A DNA stretch of 64,000 nucleotides from Chloropicon primus (taxonomy: Eukaryota): NCBI GenBank assembly GCA_023205875.1, contig CP060754.1, positions 1,116,001 through 1,180,000 of the forward strand. The letters are read 5' to 3'. Both the position numbers and the translations under genes were made by a program. The stretch's first letter is position 1, and every line of letters starts with the position of its first letter. Shown here piece after piece: positions 1 to 10,405 of the stretch. A model generated the notes under the pieces. The model was not told the DNA's origin and did no database searches. It worked only from the letters and a program-made list of their open reading frames with translations.

Positions 1-62
1 CCAGAGAGCTTTTGTAAGGTACATTACAGAGGGGTCAGCCAGCCAGCCAGTGGTCTCCTGCT

Positions 63-629
63 TTACATGTTGTACTGAAACGTGCTCTGGTTCTGGACGC
101 TCCCTCCAAAGACGTTTGCGATGTTGAGGAGCCCCGTTTTCACTCTCACGTGCCCGTTGCAGTCCGGGCAGGTCTGGGTTCCCGCCAGAGCCTTGAACGG
201 CCTGCTCGGAATGCGGCAAAGCGCGGCCTTCTTCAGGATGTCCTCCACCTCCTCCGCCAAGTGAACCCGGTAGGAACTCGCGTCCTCCAGCTGGTCCGCA
301 GTCGGAGGGATGTCGAAGGTCCCCCGAGGACCGCTGTAAGGGCACTTGTAGTAGTCCTCCTTCTTCCCCTGCTTGGTCGAAACCTGGTCGTGGAGCGCAG
401 AGAACGCCGCAGGCCTCCTCCTTAGGGTTCCTGTTCCCCTGCACCTGTTGCACACGATACGCCCTGTCCCATTGCACCTCCTGCAAAAGTTGCTGTTCGT
501 TCCCAACTGCAGCACAAGCCAAGACTCCCGCACGATGTAGTACACGGAACTCCCCTGAGCGACCGCCTGAATGATCTGGATGATCTCTTTCAATCCAGCA
601 TTGATCGAACCGTCATTCTTCCCCACCAT
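63..629 (-). CDS. DnaJ-type zinc-finger (CxxCxGxG) protein
   Basis: CRRCNGTG, CNRCRGTG and CPDCNG motifs; first in-frame ATG at 629; start uncertain. Confidence 0.65.
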   Translation of the reverse strand: MVGKNDGSINAGLKEIIQIIQAVAQGSSVYYIVRESWLVLQLGTNSNFCRRCNGTGRIVCNRCRGTGTLRRRPAAFSALHDQVSTKQGKKEDYYKCPYSGPRGTFDIPPTADQLEDASSYRVHLAEEVEDILKKAALCRIPSRPFKALAGTQTCPDCNGHVRVKTGLLNIANVFGGSVQNQSTFQYNM

Positions 630-1081
630 CACGACGACAACCACACCACACCACGACGAAGATGAAGATGAAGATGAAGACTCCACTCTCCTTCCCTCCA
701 ATAAAAAGAAAAAAAACCAAAGAGTCGCGTCGTTTCCCAAGGAGATCAAAGCTTGGGCGAGGCTTCCGCTTAGACGACGAAAGGTTCACGTCCCCTCCTC
801 CTCCTCCTCCTCCTCCTCGTCCTCGTCGTCCTCGTCGTCCTCGTTCCTCGTTCCTCGTTCTCTCTCCTGCGCAGCCACCTTATCTCTTCTCTTCCTCGCT
901 TTCAGAAGAGAGAGAGAGAGAGAGAGAACTTGTGGCACGAAAGTTAAGGACGAGTGGGGGAGAGGAGAGGAACGAGGGCGAGACAGACAGAAGCGTCTTC
1001 TCTTCGGCTTTCGAACGATATTTTGTTTGAAAGAAACGGCGCTCTGGTGAGGATTTGACGACCGGAGTGGTGTGTTTAGGG

Positions 1082-1672
1082 ATGATGGACAGGTTGGGTT
1101 TGGGTGTGTTGAGGACGGCGAGGAGGTGGGGAAGCAGGTGGCCAGGGTCGTGCAGGTGTGAGAGGACCATCGCGAGTGCGTTGGAGAAGACCTCGAGCTG
1201 CGGAAGTGGCGGAGACGGTGCGACGGAGAGGGGTGGAGGCCAGGCGAATGCGAAAGTTGAGACTCGCAATGGCGGTGGAAGCCTCCGCTTGGGTTGGGAG
1301 AGCAGCGTCGCTGGCAGGACTCTGGACGCGTTGTCGATGTCGCGTGCTTGGAGCCCCCTGACGCAGGCGAAATCGTATTCCGGAGGAGCCGAGGAGGGGG
1401 AGAGGGGCTACTTTCCGCTGAGGAACTCGGTCGCGAAGACTTTCAACTTGAAACCGATAGAGCTTCCCTACCCAAAGATGTTCAAGAAGCGGCACAAGAG
1501 GATGCTTCAGAGGCTCGAGTTTGCTAGGCTGGAGGTCGCCATTAGGAAGAGAAACACGCGGGAAGCCAGGGCCAGGAAGATGGAGAAGAGGCGAGAAAAG
1601 TGGAGGGCCGCGGTGAAGAGGAAGGAGGAGTGGGAGGCGTACTTGAAGTCAAAAGAAGAGCAGCAAGTGTAA
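1082..1672 (+). CDS. Basic protein, probably mitochondrion-targeted, function unknown
   Basis: Arg-rich presequence-like N-terminus, K/R-rich helical C-terminus, typical codon bias; stop lies within TGTAA. Confidence 0.6.
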   Translation: MMDRLGLGVLRTARRWGSRWPGSCRCERTIASALEKTSSCGSGGDGATERGGGQANAKVETRNGGGSLRLGWESSVAGRTLDALSMSRAWSPLTQAKSYSGGAEEGERGYFPLRNSVAKTFNLKPIELPYPKMFKKRHKRMLQRLEFARLEVAIRKRNTREARARKMEKRREKWRAAVKRKEEWEAYLKSKEEQQV

Positions 1673-1728
1673 ACAAACAAAACAAAGGTATATATTCCAC
1701 ACGGGTATATGCAAAATATGTATTCACG

Positions 1729-4700
1729 TTATTCTTTGCCACGGACGCTCAAGCAGAACTTGCTGCCCTTCAGCTCGTACTGCGAGAAGTTGGTGTTACT
1801 GAAGCTCCACTGCAGACCAAAGTTGTCGATCTCATAACACCCCTCGGCGAAAATACAGACCGTGGCTGCCACCTCCTTTGTCTCCAGAGGCTGGAGATCA
1901 TAAAACTTGTGAACAAGCTTGCCGCACCAGCAGTACGGCAGGCACCCCAACAAGTCGTTCCTCTCCGTCACAATAGACTGCCCGTTCGCGGAACTCTTGT
2001 CCGGCAGCCCTTTCCACGAGGGCTTCATGTCCTGCACGGCGTTTTCCAGGTTGAGGGTGCCGTGTATACTTTGCTGGCTAGCATTGAAGATGGAGATCTT
2101 GCAAGGTATTATACAGATGCTGTCCCCTCTAAAGTTGTGTACAGTTGTTTGCGGGTAAGACACGGTCATGTGCATGGGTTTCTCCTGACCTTTCATGAGA
2201 AAGTTCATTCCAACCACACCAGAGTGCTCCCTGGAAGTGACACGGCTGCTGGTGTGCCAAAAGACGAGCAGTGGGACTTTCATTCCGCCGGGTGGGGTCT
2301 CTTGAGTCGAGACCAGCAGGGAATCCTTCAAAGATTGAAGCACGCACGGCTCCAAGCCCAGCACGGAGTCCTCCTGAAGCCTCAAATCCTGGATCGATTC
2401 TCCCAGCTTGTCCACAGTGTCCTTCTCATCTGCCTCAATAAATATGGCCGTCTGCTCGTTTGGGGAGACCTTGTGAGCACCGCTGTCATCAGAACCCGCG
2501 CCCACCACATTCAAGTCGTGGGTACCGTTGGATTCCACGAGTTTCTTGACGTAGAAAGTATCCTGCTTGTTGCTGTTCCTGATCTTCGTGTGCAACACAA
2601 GCTGCTTCGTGCTCACCTCCGACAACAGCATTTCACCGGAGAGCTGGATGGAGGGGAAGACTTGCACGTGCTGAGTGCAGTGTAACACCCTAAACCTCAT
2701 CTTTGCGTGGCTATGTGTCGGCTGGAAGTAGATCGCGCTGTGCATTCCGATATTGCCCACCTCCGTAGTATATATCCATACAGAGCACTGCATCTTCATC
2801 CCCGGGTTGAGGGTGAAGTCCTCGGGGAGCAAGTGCACGCCCTTTGAGCATGTGGGGCTCAGCGTTTGGGACCCCACATCGAGCAGGCTTTCTTCCCGAA
2901 TAACCGTGAACTCGCCAAAGATCAGAGAGTTGCTGGTCGAAACTATCCGCAACGCGTGTAAAGGCGCTGCCCCCACGTTATGGATAGTCAAGCTGCACTT
3001 GCAGATCTCTCCTGCGTACATGTTCTCAGGGAAGCCGGTAAATGTTGCCTCGATCCTCGGAATGGTTGGCAGCACTTGGAACATCAGCCTTCTGTGTGGG
3101 GGGTGATCCCTCTGAGGCTCACCCTCACCGACCTTCTTGCGCTTGGGGCCCATGATATCGAATTCCTGGGCTCCATACGCAATTCCGCAGAGCAGCCACC
3201 TCACCCCGTTGATCTTTAGCATCCCCGGCTTCTTCACAGAAACCTTTAGTCTAATGAGCGTCTTCTCTTGAGGAAGGAGGGTGAACTTCTCGTGCTTGAC
3301 TTCCACTTCCTCGTCTGTGCAACTGCGGAAGGAGGAAATATCATCCGGCGAGTAGAAACAGTCCAGGTGCACATCCTGCACCTTGATTGTGACCTGAAGG
3401 ACATTGGCGAACTCTACATCCACTCCGATCTCCTCTTGGGCCCCGCAAAGATTCAAGTAATCCTTGCTGTTAGACAAATCAGCTTCCAACCAGTTTTGGC
3501 CCGAGAGGATTGCCGGCGGAATGACTCTCTCATCCAACCGAGCCCACACCTGCTCTGACTGGGCATAGGCACCAGCAGCAAAACAGCGGAAGTCATCGAA
3601 ATGCACGTAGACATTCTCCACATCAATGTTGGGCAGAAGCAAAGGGAGCACGTTGCTCTTTTCGCCTGCCTGAACTGTCTCCGCAAGCTTCAAAAAGTCC
3701 TCCAGGTATTTTTGCTGCACGTTCGACGGCTGGTAAATCGCTACAAGCAGTCTCATCCAGCACTGGAGGGCAAGCTGCGTGTTGTCAATCTGTTTGCTCT
3801 CCTTTCCAAGTGACAAATGCATGTGCTCATCTATGAACGGCCATTGGTGCTTGCTGTGCACTGCTAAAACAAGGGTGTACGCTTGCGCAGACAGGTTGTG
3901 GTTGCCGCAAGTGCTGTAATGCCTTCCTGCCAATGCCATGTGAAAAGCAAACTTCCTGTAAAGGGGCTTGGACGACAGTATGTAAAGGTAAGCAGCCTGC
4001 TCAAGCAAAAGGGCAGCCCTGAGGTGGTTGTTGTCAATGATCGCGGCCTTCAACGCCCCAATCGCCTCTCTCGGTCTATCACTTGCTACGAGTACCTCAG
4101 ACAGGATCAGCAAGGACCTAACCGTCAGCTTCCAATCCTTTCCATGTCTCTGGTACGCAGAAAACGCTGAATCCAAACAAACCTCTGCTTCCCTTTGGGA
4201 GCCCCGCATCATTACAATACAAAGTCCAGCCATTTCCATCGCACCCCCGTAATTTTTCCACGCCTTGTCGCTTTTGAAGTCGTTTGAGATCAACCGGTAG
4301 CTCGACAGAGCCAGGTTGTAGTCCTTCATCATGAAAGACAAGTCCCCGAGGTGTCTGATCTGAAACTCTATGGACTGCGAGCTGTACGCCGGCTCGCCGT
4401 TCACTACCTGAGAGTTGTCTTTCTCTTTTCGAAACCAGTAGTTCTTGAACTGGTTCCTGATGCCTTTCCTCGTCGACGAGATGTGGTGGTTGAAGTACCT
4501 GATTCTGTTCTCAAGGTGGGGTATCAGTCGCTTCACGACGAACTCTTTCAGAAAGGAGATGATCGAGTTGATATCAGAGTCTGAAAGCGTGGACCCCAAG
4601 GCAGCCGAGGTGTCGGCCCCGCTCGTGGGCACCTTGAATTCTCCAGCGCCCCCGCCCGGCAAGCTTTGCCCGATGCACGCGCTCCACATGTCAGGTGTGG

Positions 4701-5454
4701 GCGGAGTCCCGTTCAGCAGGTCCGAAACTTTGCTATTGAGTTGTATCATGTGGCACTCATTTTTCCCGAAAGCGAGCTTCATTCCCTCAAGCTGCCTCTT
4801 TGCCATCTCTATGTCTCCGTTCTGACAGTCGTGGACCAAGAGGAAGTGCTTCAAGAGGTTGGGGTTCCACAGCTCTCCGTGCTCCTGCCTGGTCCTCTCC
4901 AGCAAAGCCTTCGTTTTACTCACCACGTCAGGATCAGACGAGTTGACAGCTATTACAACTGCGACTGGCAAGTCGATCGTCTCGTGGCTTCCGAACAAGA
5001 GCATCCTATCGTATTCGTGCCGAAACTTCTTCCACCACGGCACCTTCATCTCCGTCGCTCTCTCCACCTTGTCGCTGAGGTACTTGCGCAAGGACTCCTC
5101 GCTCCCTGCCTCCACACCCTCTATCTCGTTCTGCACCTCAAAGTTCGACATCACTTGAGAGAGGTGCTCGTCCCCCTGCTGCACCGTCGGCTGGTACATC
5201 GTCCGACCATCGTACACCCGGATCGTCAGGTCCTGGATCCTATACGCTGAGTCTCCCACCGTCCTCACCGGAGCGTTCACGTTCCTGAGTTGACAAAAAG
5301 GCCGTAGAAGATGGACCAAACTGAGTCCACTCTTCGCGCAGTAGGACTCCACCTCCGGGGAGCACGACACCAAGCAGCACGGTCCGCTCCTTTCCGCGAC
5401 GTCCTCTTGCAAGTCCTGCAGCGTTCGGTGCGCCCTCGCTGATAGAACCGTCAT
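1729..5454 (-). CDS. TRAPPC8: TRAPP III complex subunit TRAPPC8/Trs85
   Basis: ~1240-aa ORF; LLRPF, E-QIRHLGDLSFMMKDY, AALLLEQAA and RKFAFHMALAG motifs of Trs85. Confidence 0.92.
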   Translation of the reverse strand: MTVLSARAHRTLQDLQEDVAERSGPCCLVSCSPEVESYCAKSGLSLVHLLRPFCQLRNVNAPVRTVGDSAYRIQDLTIRVYDGRTMYQPTVQQGDEHLSQVMSNFEVQNEIEGVEAGSEESLRKYLSDKVERATEMKVPWWKKFRHEYDRMLLFGSHETIDLPVAVVIAVNSSDPDVVSKTKALLERTRQEHGELWNPNLLKHFLLVHDCQNGDIEMAKRQLEGMKLAFGKNECHMIQLNSKVSDLLNGTPPTPDMWSACIGQSLPGGGAGEFKVPTSGADTSAALGSTLSDSDINSIISFLKEFVVKRLIPHLENRIRYFNHHISSTRKGIRNQFKNYWFRKEKDNSQVVNGEPAYSSQSIEFQIRHLGDLSFMMKDYNLALSSYRLISNDFKSDKAWKNYGGAMEMAGLCIVMMRGSQREAEVCLDSAFSAYQRHGKDWKLTVRSLLILSEVLVASDRPREAIGALKAAIIDNNHLRAALLLEQAAYLYILSSKPLYRKFAFHMALAGRHYSTCGNHNLSAQAYTLVLAVHSKHQWPFIDEHMHLSLGKESKQIDNTQLALQCWMRLLVAIYQPSNVQQKYLEDFLKLAETVQAGEKSNVLPLLLPNIDVENVYVHFDDFRCFAAGAYAQSEQVWARLDERVIPPAILSGQNWLEADLSNSKDYLNLCGAQEEIGVDVEFANVLQVTIKVQDVHLDCFYSPDDISSFRSCTDEEVEVKHEKFTLLPQEKTLIRLKVSVKKPGMLKINGVRWLLCGIAYGAQEFDIMGPKRKKVGEGEPQRDHPPHRRLMFQVLPTIPRIEATFTGFPENMYAGEICKCSLTIHNVGAAPLHALRIVSTSNSLIFGEFTVIREESLLDVGSQTLSPTCSKGVHLLPEDFTLNPGMKMQCSVWIYTTEVGNIGMHSAIYFQPTHSHAKMRFRVLHCTQHVQVFPSIQLSGEMLLSEVSTKQLVLHTKIRNSNKQDTFYVKKLVESNGTHDLNVVGAGSDDSGAHKVSPNEQTAIFIEADEKDTVDKLGESIQDLRLQEDSVLGLEPCVLQSLKDSLLVSTQETPPGGMKVPLLVFWHTSSRVTSREHSGVVGMNFLMKGQEKPMHMTVSYPQTTVHNFRGDSICIIPCKISIFNASQQSIHGTLNLENAVQDMKPSWKGLPDKSSANGQSIVTERNDLLGCLPYCWCGKLVHKFYDLQPLETKEVAATVCIFAEGCYEIDNFGLQWSFSNTNFSQYELKGSKFCLSVRGKE

Positions 5455-5994
5455 CCTCTCCGCCAACAAAACCAAACTCCTCTCTCTCTCTCTCTCCTCT
5501 TCTCTTTCTCTTCCAGCGGATCGAAAATCACGAGGGAGGAGGATGGATGGATGGATGGGGAGGAGGGAGGGGAGGATGGGGAGGAGGATGGGGGAAGGAT
5601 CACTCCGTTACTTTAGGGGATTCGTCACCACTTTGGCAACCCACCTCTGTGCATCAGGGCCGTCCGGCATTCAACAAGATAAGGGAAGAGGGTGCGAGGG
5701 AGGGTTGGGTTAACCCCCCAAAGTGGGACCCCCGAACCCTGCAGGGGAGGAAAGGGGGGTGTGGGGGCCCTGAGTCTGTGGAGTGGCCGTGTCGGAGGCG
5801 CGGCAGATGGATGGAGGTTGGACGGCGTGCTTTTTTGACACAAGGGAGAAGGGGGTCGTGAGGGGGCTGGAAGGCGCGCACGGTCTCGCGCGGAGGTAGG
5901 CAAATGCTACATCTTCTTAAGTGAACTACTTCATATTACATAGGTGTTATAGGTCTCGCAGGTACTCAATTGCTTCCCGCCCGGCCCCTCATAT

Positions 5995-6707
5995 TTACTT
6001 CTTCAAGGCAGCCTTAACCTTAGCGCTCTTGGCCTTCTTGGCGATCATAGCCTTGAACCTTCCGAAGTCATTTGAAGCAGCCTTAGCCTTCCTAGAAGCC
6101 AACTTCTTTCCCCAAGCAGTGGCGGCGAAGTTATCAAAGGCCTTGGACGAGTTCAAGGCAGCGATGAGGTCCTTCTTGGCTGGCGTCTTTCCGATGTCGA
6201 GCTTGAACTCGGTGAGGGCCATGCGCTTGAAGAAGAACGGCTTCCTGACCATGTCAGGGGCATCGATGAGGGCCTAGCAAAGACAAAAACGAAAACGAAA
6301 ACGAAGAAAGAAACGGATCGGTCAGCACCCACCGCTTGAGCAGAAGACTCCAGATGGAGTTTGAGTTTGAGTTTGAGTTTGCCCAAGAAAGAAACGAGAG
6401 AGAGAGACAGAGAGAGAGAGACTTGAGGCCCAACCCCAGGACGAGAGGGCAGAGCTCAAGTTCCAAGGTCTTGAAACTTCAGACGATCGTCTCCAAGTCC
6501 TGCCCTGGAACCTTTGTCTCTTCTCTTGCGTCCTCCTCTTCTCTTCTTCTTCCAAGCTTGGTTCTTCTTCTTCTTCTTCGGTGTTGGTGGTCGTGTTCTT
6601 ACCCTGGCGTGGTCGACGATGTCAACGATGACGACAAGCTTTCCGTAATCCTTGCCATAGTTGATCATAGCAACCCTTCCCACTTCTACGAGTCTCGTGT
6701 AAGGCAT
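5995..6707 (-). CDS. RPL14: 60S ribosomal protein L14 (eL14), 2 exons
   Basis: Exon 1 6603-6707 ([35 protein letters not shown]), GT-AG intron 6274-6602, exon 2 5995-6273 ([11 protein letters not shown]...DFGRFKAM). Confidence 0.96.
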
Positions 6708-7073
6708 CTTGGCTCGGCTCAAACTCCTCTGCTCTTCACTTCACTCTCTACGTCGCGCGCTGGTCTCAGCTTCTCTCTCTTCTCCGCTCCGCTCTTTCGC
6801 TGCGTTTTTCTTTTTCTCGATTTCTTGCATGTTCTAGAGTGCTAAATCCATCGTAGGGGGAACAGAGAGGAGAAGGCGGGCGGGGTGGCGGCTGGGTGAG
6901 AAGGGAGTGTACGAAGGTGGACACCGATCGAGCGACCTGACGGCGGCGAAGGCGAAGGAGGACAGAGCGACCGCGCGCTTCGTGGGGGACGAGCGCGATC
7001 GATAGAGAAGAGAGGGAGAGGGTGGGACTGAGGGGAGAGGGAGAGGGGAGAGAGGGAAGAGTCTGGTCGAGAG

Positions 7074-7093
7074 CTTTCGAAAGAGCCGTCGCT
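7074..7093. promoter_or_regulatory. Recurrent promoter motif CTTTCGAAAGAGCCGTCGCT (copy 1)
   Basis: 19/20 identical to copies at 40324 and 60175; lies between divergent RPL14 and PES1. Confidence 0.6.
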
Positions 7094-7177
7094 TGCGAAA
7101 GGGGAGTGAGAAACGAAGCGGTGAGGTGGGATTGCGAGGGACGAGTCTGCAGACTCGGACGGTTTTGACGAGGAAGG

Positions 7178-8737
7178 ATGGTGCTGAACAAGTCCATGAA
7201 GCAGAAGAAGGGGAAGAGCGGGAGCGCCGCGCAGTACCTGACGAGGACTCAGGCCCTGAGGAAGCTCCAGCTGAGTTTGCCCGAGTTCAGGAGGCTCTGC
7301 ATCCTGAAGGGCATCCACCCTCGCGAGCCCAGGAAGAAGCCCAAGGGAGCCAACAAGACGTACTACCACGTGAAGGACCTGGCTTTCCTGCTCCACGAGC
7401 CTCTGCTTGAGGTATTCAGGCACATCAAGGCGTACCAGCGGAAGGTGAACAAGGCGAAGGCGAAGCAGCAGCTGGAGCTGGCGGAGAAGCTCGCGCTCCG
7501 AAGGCCGCAGTACACCTTGGACAGGCTCGTGCAGGAGAGGTACCCGTCGTTCGTCGACGCGGTGAGGGACATCGACGATCCGCTCTGCATCGTGAACCTC
7601 TTCTCGGCGCTGCCCGCAAGCAAGGGCTACAAGATACCCGTGGATAGCGTCCAGAACTCGAGGCGTTTGAGCTTGGAGTGGCAGGCCTACGTCGCGAGCG
7701 CGAGGTGCCTCACCAAGGTGTTCGTCGCGGTCAAGGGCTTCTACTACCAGGCGGAGGTGTGCGGCCAGAAGGTGACGTGGCTGGTGCCCCACGAGAGGTC
7801 CCAGGTCCTCCCCGCGGACGTCGACTACAGGGTGATGATCACTTTCCTGGAGTTCTACCAGACCATGCTCAAGTTCGTCTTCTTCAAGCTCTACCACGAC
7901 GTGAACCTCAAGTACCCGCCAACCCTGGACGCCAAGCTGGAGTCCAGCGCCGCGGGGCTGAACGCGATCATCACGGACGGCGAGGGCGCGGCCCTCGAGC
8001 CGGAGGAGGGCGCCGCCGCCGAGGCGGAAGAGAGGAGCGAGCAGAGCAAGCTGTTCGAGGGCCTCGTGTTCTTCCTGTCGAGGGAGACGCCGAAGGAGTC
8101 CCTCGTGTTCGTGATCAAGTGCCTTGGAGGCTCCGTGGGTTGGGACGGTGAGGGATCAACTTACAACGCAGACGACGCCAGCATCACGCACCACGTTATC
8201 GATAGGCCGAAGGTAAACAACGCGGTCAGCGGGAGGGAGTACGTGCAGCCGCAGTGGGTGTACGACAGCATTAACTTTGGTATCCTCCTGCCCGTCGACC
8301 TTTACGCGGTCGGCAAGAGTCTCCCGCCCCACCTGTCTCCCTTCGTGGACGATGATGATGAGGGGTACAAGCCCGACTATGCCAAGTTCATTGAGTCCCT
8401 CAAGAGCGGGGAGGAGCAAAGCATCCCGGCGATGAAGGCCCAGAACTTGACGAGGGAAGAAGCGGAGGAGCACGAGCTCGCCGCGGACGAAGCCAGATAC
8501 CACTCGGAGCTCCACGCCGAGGTTTCTGGCAAGGAGGTCGTGGCCGCCGCGCCAAAGGCCGCGAAGGCCGGCGAGGCCGAGGACAAGGACGACCAGGACG
8601 AGGAGATGGCGGGCATGGTAATGACGAGGAAGGACAGGAAGCTTTACGAGGCCATCCAAAAGAGCAAGACCACGAAAAGGGAGCGCGCAGCGAAGCTCAC
8701 GGAGAAGAGGAAGAAGATTAAAACCAAAAAGACGTGA
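7178..8737 (+). CDS. PES1: Pescadillo/Nop7 ribosome biogenesis factor
   Basis: YLTRTQALRKLQLSLPEFRRLCILKGIHPREP, ERYPSFVDAVRDIDD, BRCT region (YVQPQWVYDSIN), PPHLSPF. Confidence 0.97.
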   Translation: MVLNKSMKQKKGKSGSAAQYLTRTQALRKLQLSLPEFRRLCILKGIHPREPRKKPKGANKTYYHVKDLAFLLHEPLLEVFRHIKAYQRKVNKAKAKQQLELAEKLALRRPQYTLDRLVQERYPSFVDAVRDIDDPLCIVNLFSALPASKGYKIPVDSVQNSRRLSLEWQAYVASARCLTKVFVAVKGFYYQAEVCGQKVTWLVPHERSQVLPADVDYRVMITFLEFYQTMLKFVFFKLYHDVNLKYPPTLDAKLESSAAGLNAIITDGEGAALEPEEGAAAEAEERSEQSKLFEGLVFFLSRETPKESLVFVIKCLGGSVGWDGEGSTYNADDASITHHVIDRPKVNNAVSGREYVQPQWVYDSINFGILLPVDLYAVGKSLPPHLSPFVDDDDEGYKPDYAKFIESLKSGEEQSIPAMKAQNLTREEAEEHELAADEARYHSELHAEVSGKEVVAAAPKAAKAGEAEDKDDQDEEMAGMVMTRKDRKLYEAIQKSKTTKRERAAKLTEKRKKIKTKKT

Positions 8738-8856
8738 AGCGAGATATTAATGTACCAAATTCACAGCTTGAGTTTATTACAAGAGCAAAAAGAAAAAGAA
8801 TGAATGACGGCCGCTTCGCTTTCGCTTTCGCTTTCGCCGCCACCGCCACCGCGCGT

Positions 8857-10161
8857 CTACCAAGAGTACCAGGCGTCCGTCAGAGGTCTGCCGGCCGAGG
8901 CCTCGCTCTGCGAGCCCACACTGGCCGACGCTGCAGCTTCTCCGCTTGCCTTTTTGGTGCCCTTGATCATGCCGTACTCCATCAGCCCGGAATCAAAGGC
9001 TTGGTGCATTCTTTCCAGGGTCACGATCTCCCTGACTGTCTTGTACCAAACGACTGGCCCCTTGAAAACGACGATCCAGGGGTCCACCACGCCGACCCAA
9101 ATGCTGTGCCTCCAGCTCGCGATCGTCGGCTTCGTCCAGTCGTCCGTGGACACGTCGCTGAAGCAAGTGGCTCCCTTCAAAATGCCCTCGTAGTCCTTGA
9201 TCGAGATGAAGTAGGGGTGGGCCCACTCGTCGTACAAGAACTGCAGGTCGTCCTTCTCCTTGTCCGTGAAGGGCGTGGCCTCCGTGGAGTGCCTCTGGCA
9301 CCACGTGGCGATCGCCAGGTTGCCCCCCGGGGCAAGAACCCTCGTCATCTCCTCGACGTACCTCCTCTTGTCCGGCATGTGCTCTCCGCTCTCACACCCC
9401 CAGACGAGGTCGAATTGGTCGTCCTCGAACGACATGTTGAGGGCGTCAACGAGCTTGAACTCCACGTTGGCCAGGCCCTGCTCCTTGGCAAGCTCCGTCG
9501 CGCGCTTCACCTGAGCCTCCGAGATGGTGATGCCCGTCACCCTGGCGTTGGGAAACTTCCTGGCCAGGTAGCGGCTCGTGCCTCCGATGCCGCACCCCAC
9601 GTCCAAGATGTTCTTCGGCTCGGCGCCGGAGTCCACCGCCCCGCTCCACTTGAGCATCTCCTCGATGAAGTCGTACTTTGCCTCCTTGAAGTCCTTCTTC
9701 TTCCACCCCTTCTCCAGCTCCGCGTCGCTGTAGTACCCCAGGTGGATGTGCTCGCCCCAGTAATACTCGAGCACGCCGTCGTTCGTCCACGAGTCGTACT
9801 CGTTTCCCACGTTCTCGTCGTAGGGCCGGGAGCCGCTCGTGAAGTTGAGGAGCTTGGACCCGGCGTAGACGGCCGCGCCCACGGACCCCGCCGCCAGCAA
9901 GGCCGTCCCCACGCCGAGGCCGCCCTTCCCGCCGCTCAAGTCGAAGGCGTGCCTCGGTCCCAGGTCCTCCTCCCGCACGGAGGCCACGACCGACTTCTCC
10001 TCTTTCCCCCTCCCTCGCGTCGCCCTGTCCGCGCCCAAGCCCCACCTCGCCCTCCCCTCCTTGGACGCCGAGCACCGAACCGAGCGCACCCCCTCTGTCC
10101 TCCCCACCACCACCTTCCCCTCCCTCTTCCCCATCCTCCTCCTCCTCTCCATCCTCTCCAT
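8857..10161 (-). CDS. SAM-dependent methyltransferase of the gamma-tocopherol MT / cyanobacterial-type MPBQ-MSBQ MT family, plastid-targeted
   Basis: YYWGEHIHLGYY, ILDVGCGIGG, ESGEHMPDK, ATWCQR; transit-like N-terminus; start uncertain. Confidence 0.85.
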   Translation of the reverse strand: MERMERRRRMGKREGKVVVGRTEGVRSVRCSASKEGRARWGLGADRATRGRGKEEKSVVASVREEDLGPRHAFDLSGGKGGLGVGTALLAAGSVGAAVYAGSKLLNFTSGSRPYDENVGNEYDSWTNDGVLEYYWGEHIHLGYYSDAELEKGWKKKDFKEAKYDFIEEMLKWSGAVDSGAEPKNILDVGCGIGGTSRYLARKFPNARVTGITISEAQVKRATELAKEQGLANVEFKLVDALNMSFEDDQFDLVWGCESGEHMPDKRRYVEEMTRVLAPGGNLAIATWCQRHSTEATPFTDKEKDDLQFLYDEWAHPYFISIKDYEGILKGATCFSDVSTDDWTKPTIASWRHSIWVGVVDPWIVVFKGPVVWYKTVREIVTLERMHQAFDSGLMEYGMIKGTKKASGEAAASASVGSQSEASAGRPLTDAWYSW

Positions 10162-10405
10162 CCACGACCGCGAGCAGGAGAGCGCGCGAGCGAGGGAAGC
10201 CAAGACAGCCACGACAAGAACAAGCACAAGAACAAGAAGAAGAACAACAAGAAGAAGAAGAGATGGAACCGTCCTTCCGTCCTCTCTCAGACGAATACGC
10301 CGCGCTCGATTGCGATGGAGATCTCCTCCTCGCTCGCTCTCCTGAGTTTGTGGCTCTCGTCGCGCGGTTTGCGATGAGAGAGGAGCGTTCAGGATAAGGC
10401 AGAAG

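Noticed and set aside
786..930. (TCC)n, (GA)n, (GTGTTC)n and (GCCAT)n tracts as mobile elements or CRISPR-like repeats
   Set aside because: Simple microsatellites in promoters and introns throughout the window, with no spacers, terminal repeats or transposase.
5560..5900. Telomerase RNA or RNase P/MRP candidate (single TTTAGGG, G/C-rich stems)
   Set aside because: Only one telomere-repeat unit and no conserved P4 motifs; simpler to read as the TRAPPC8 promoter.
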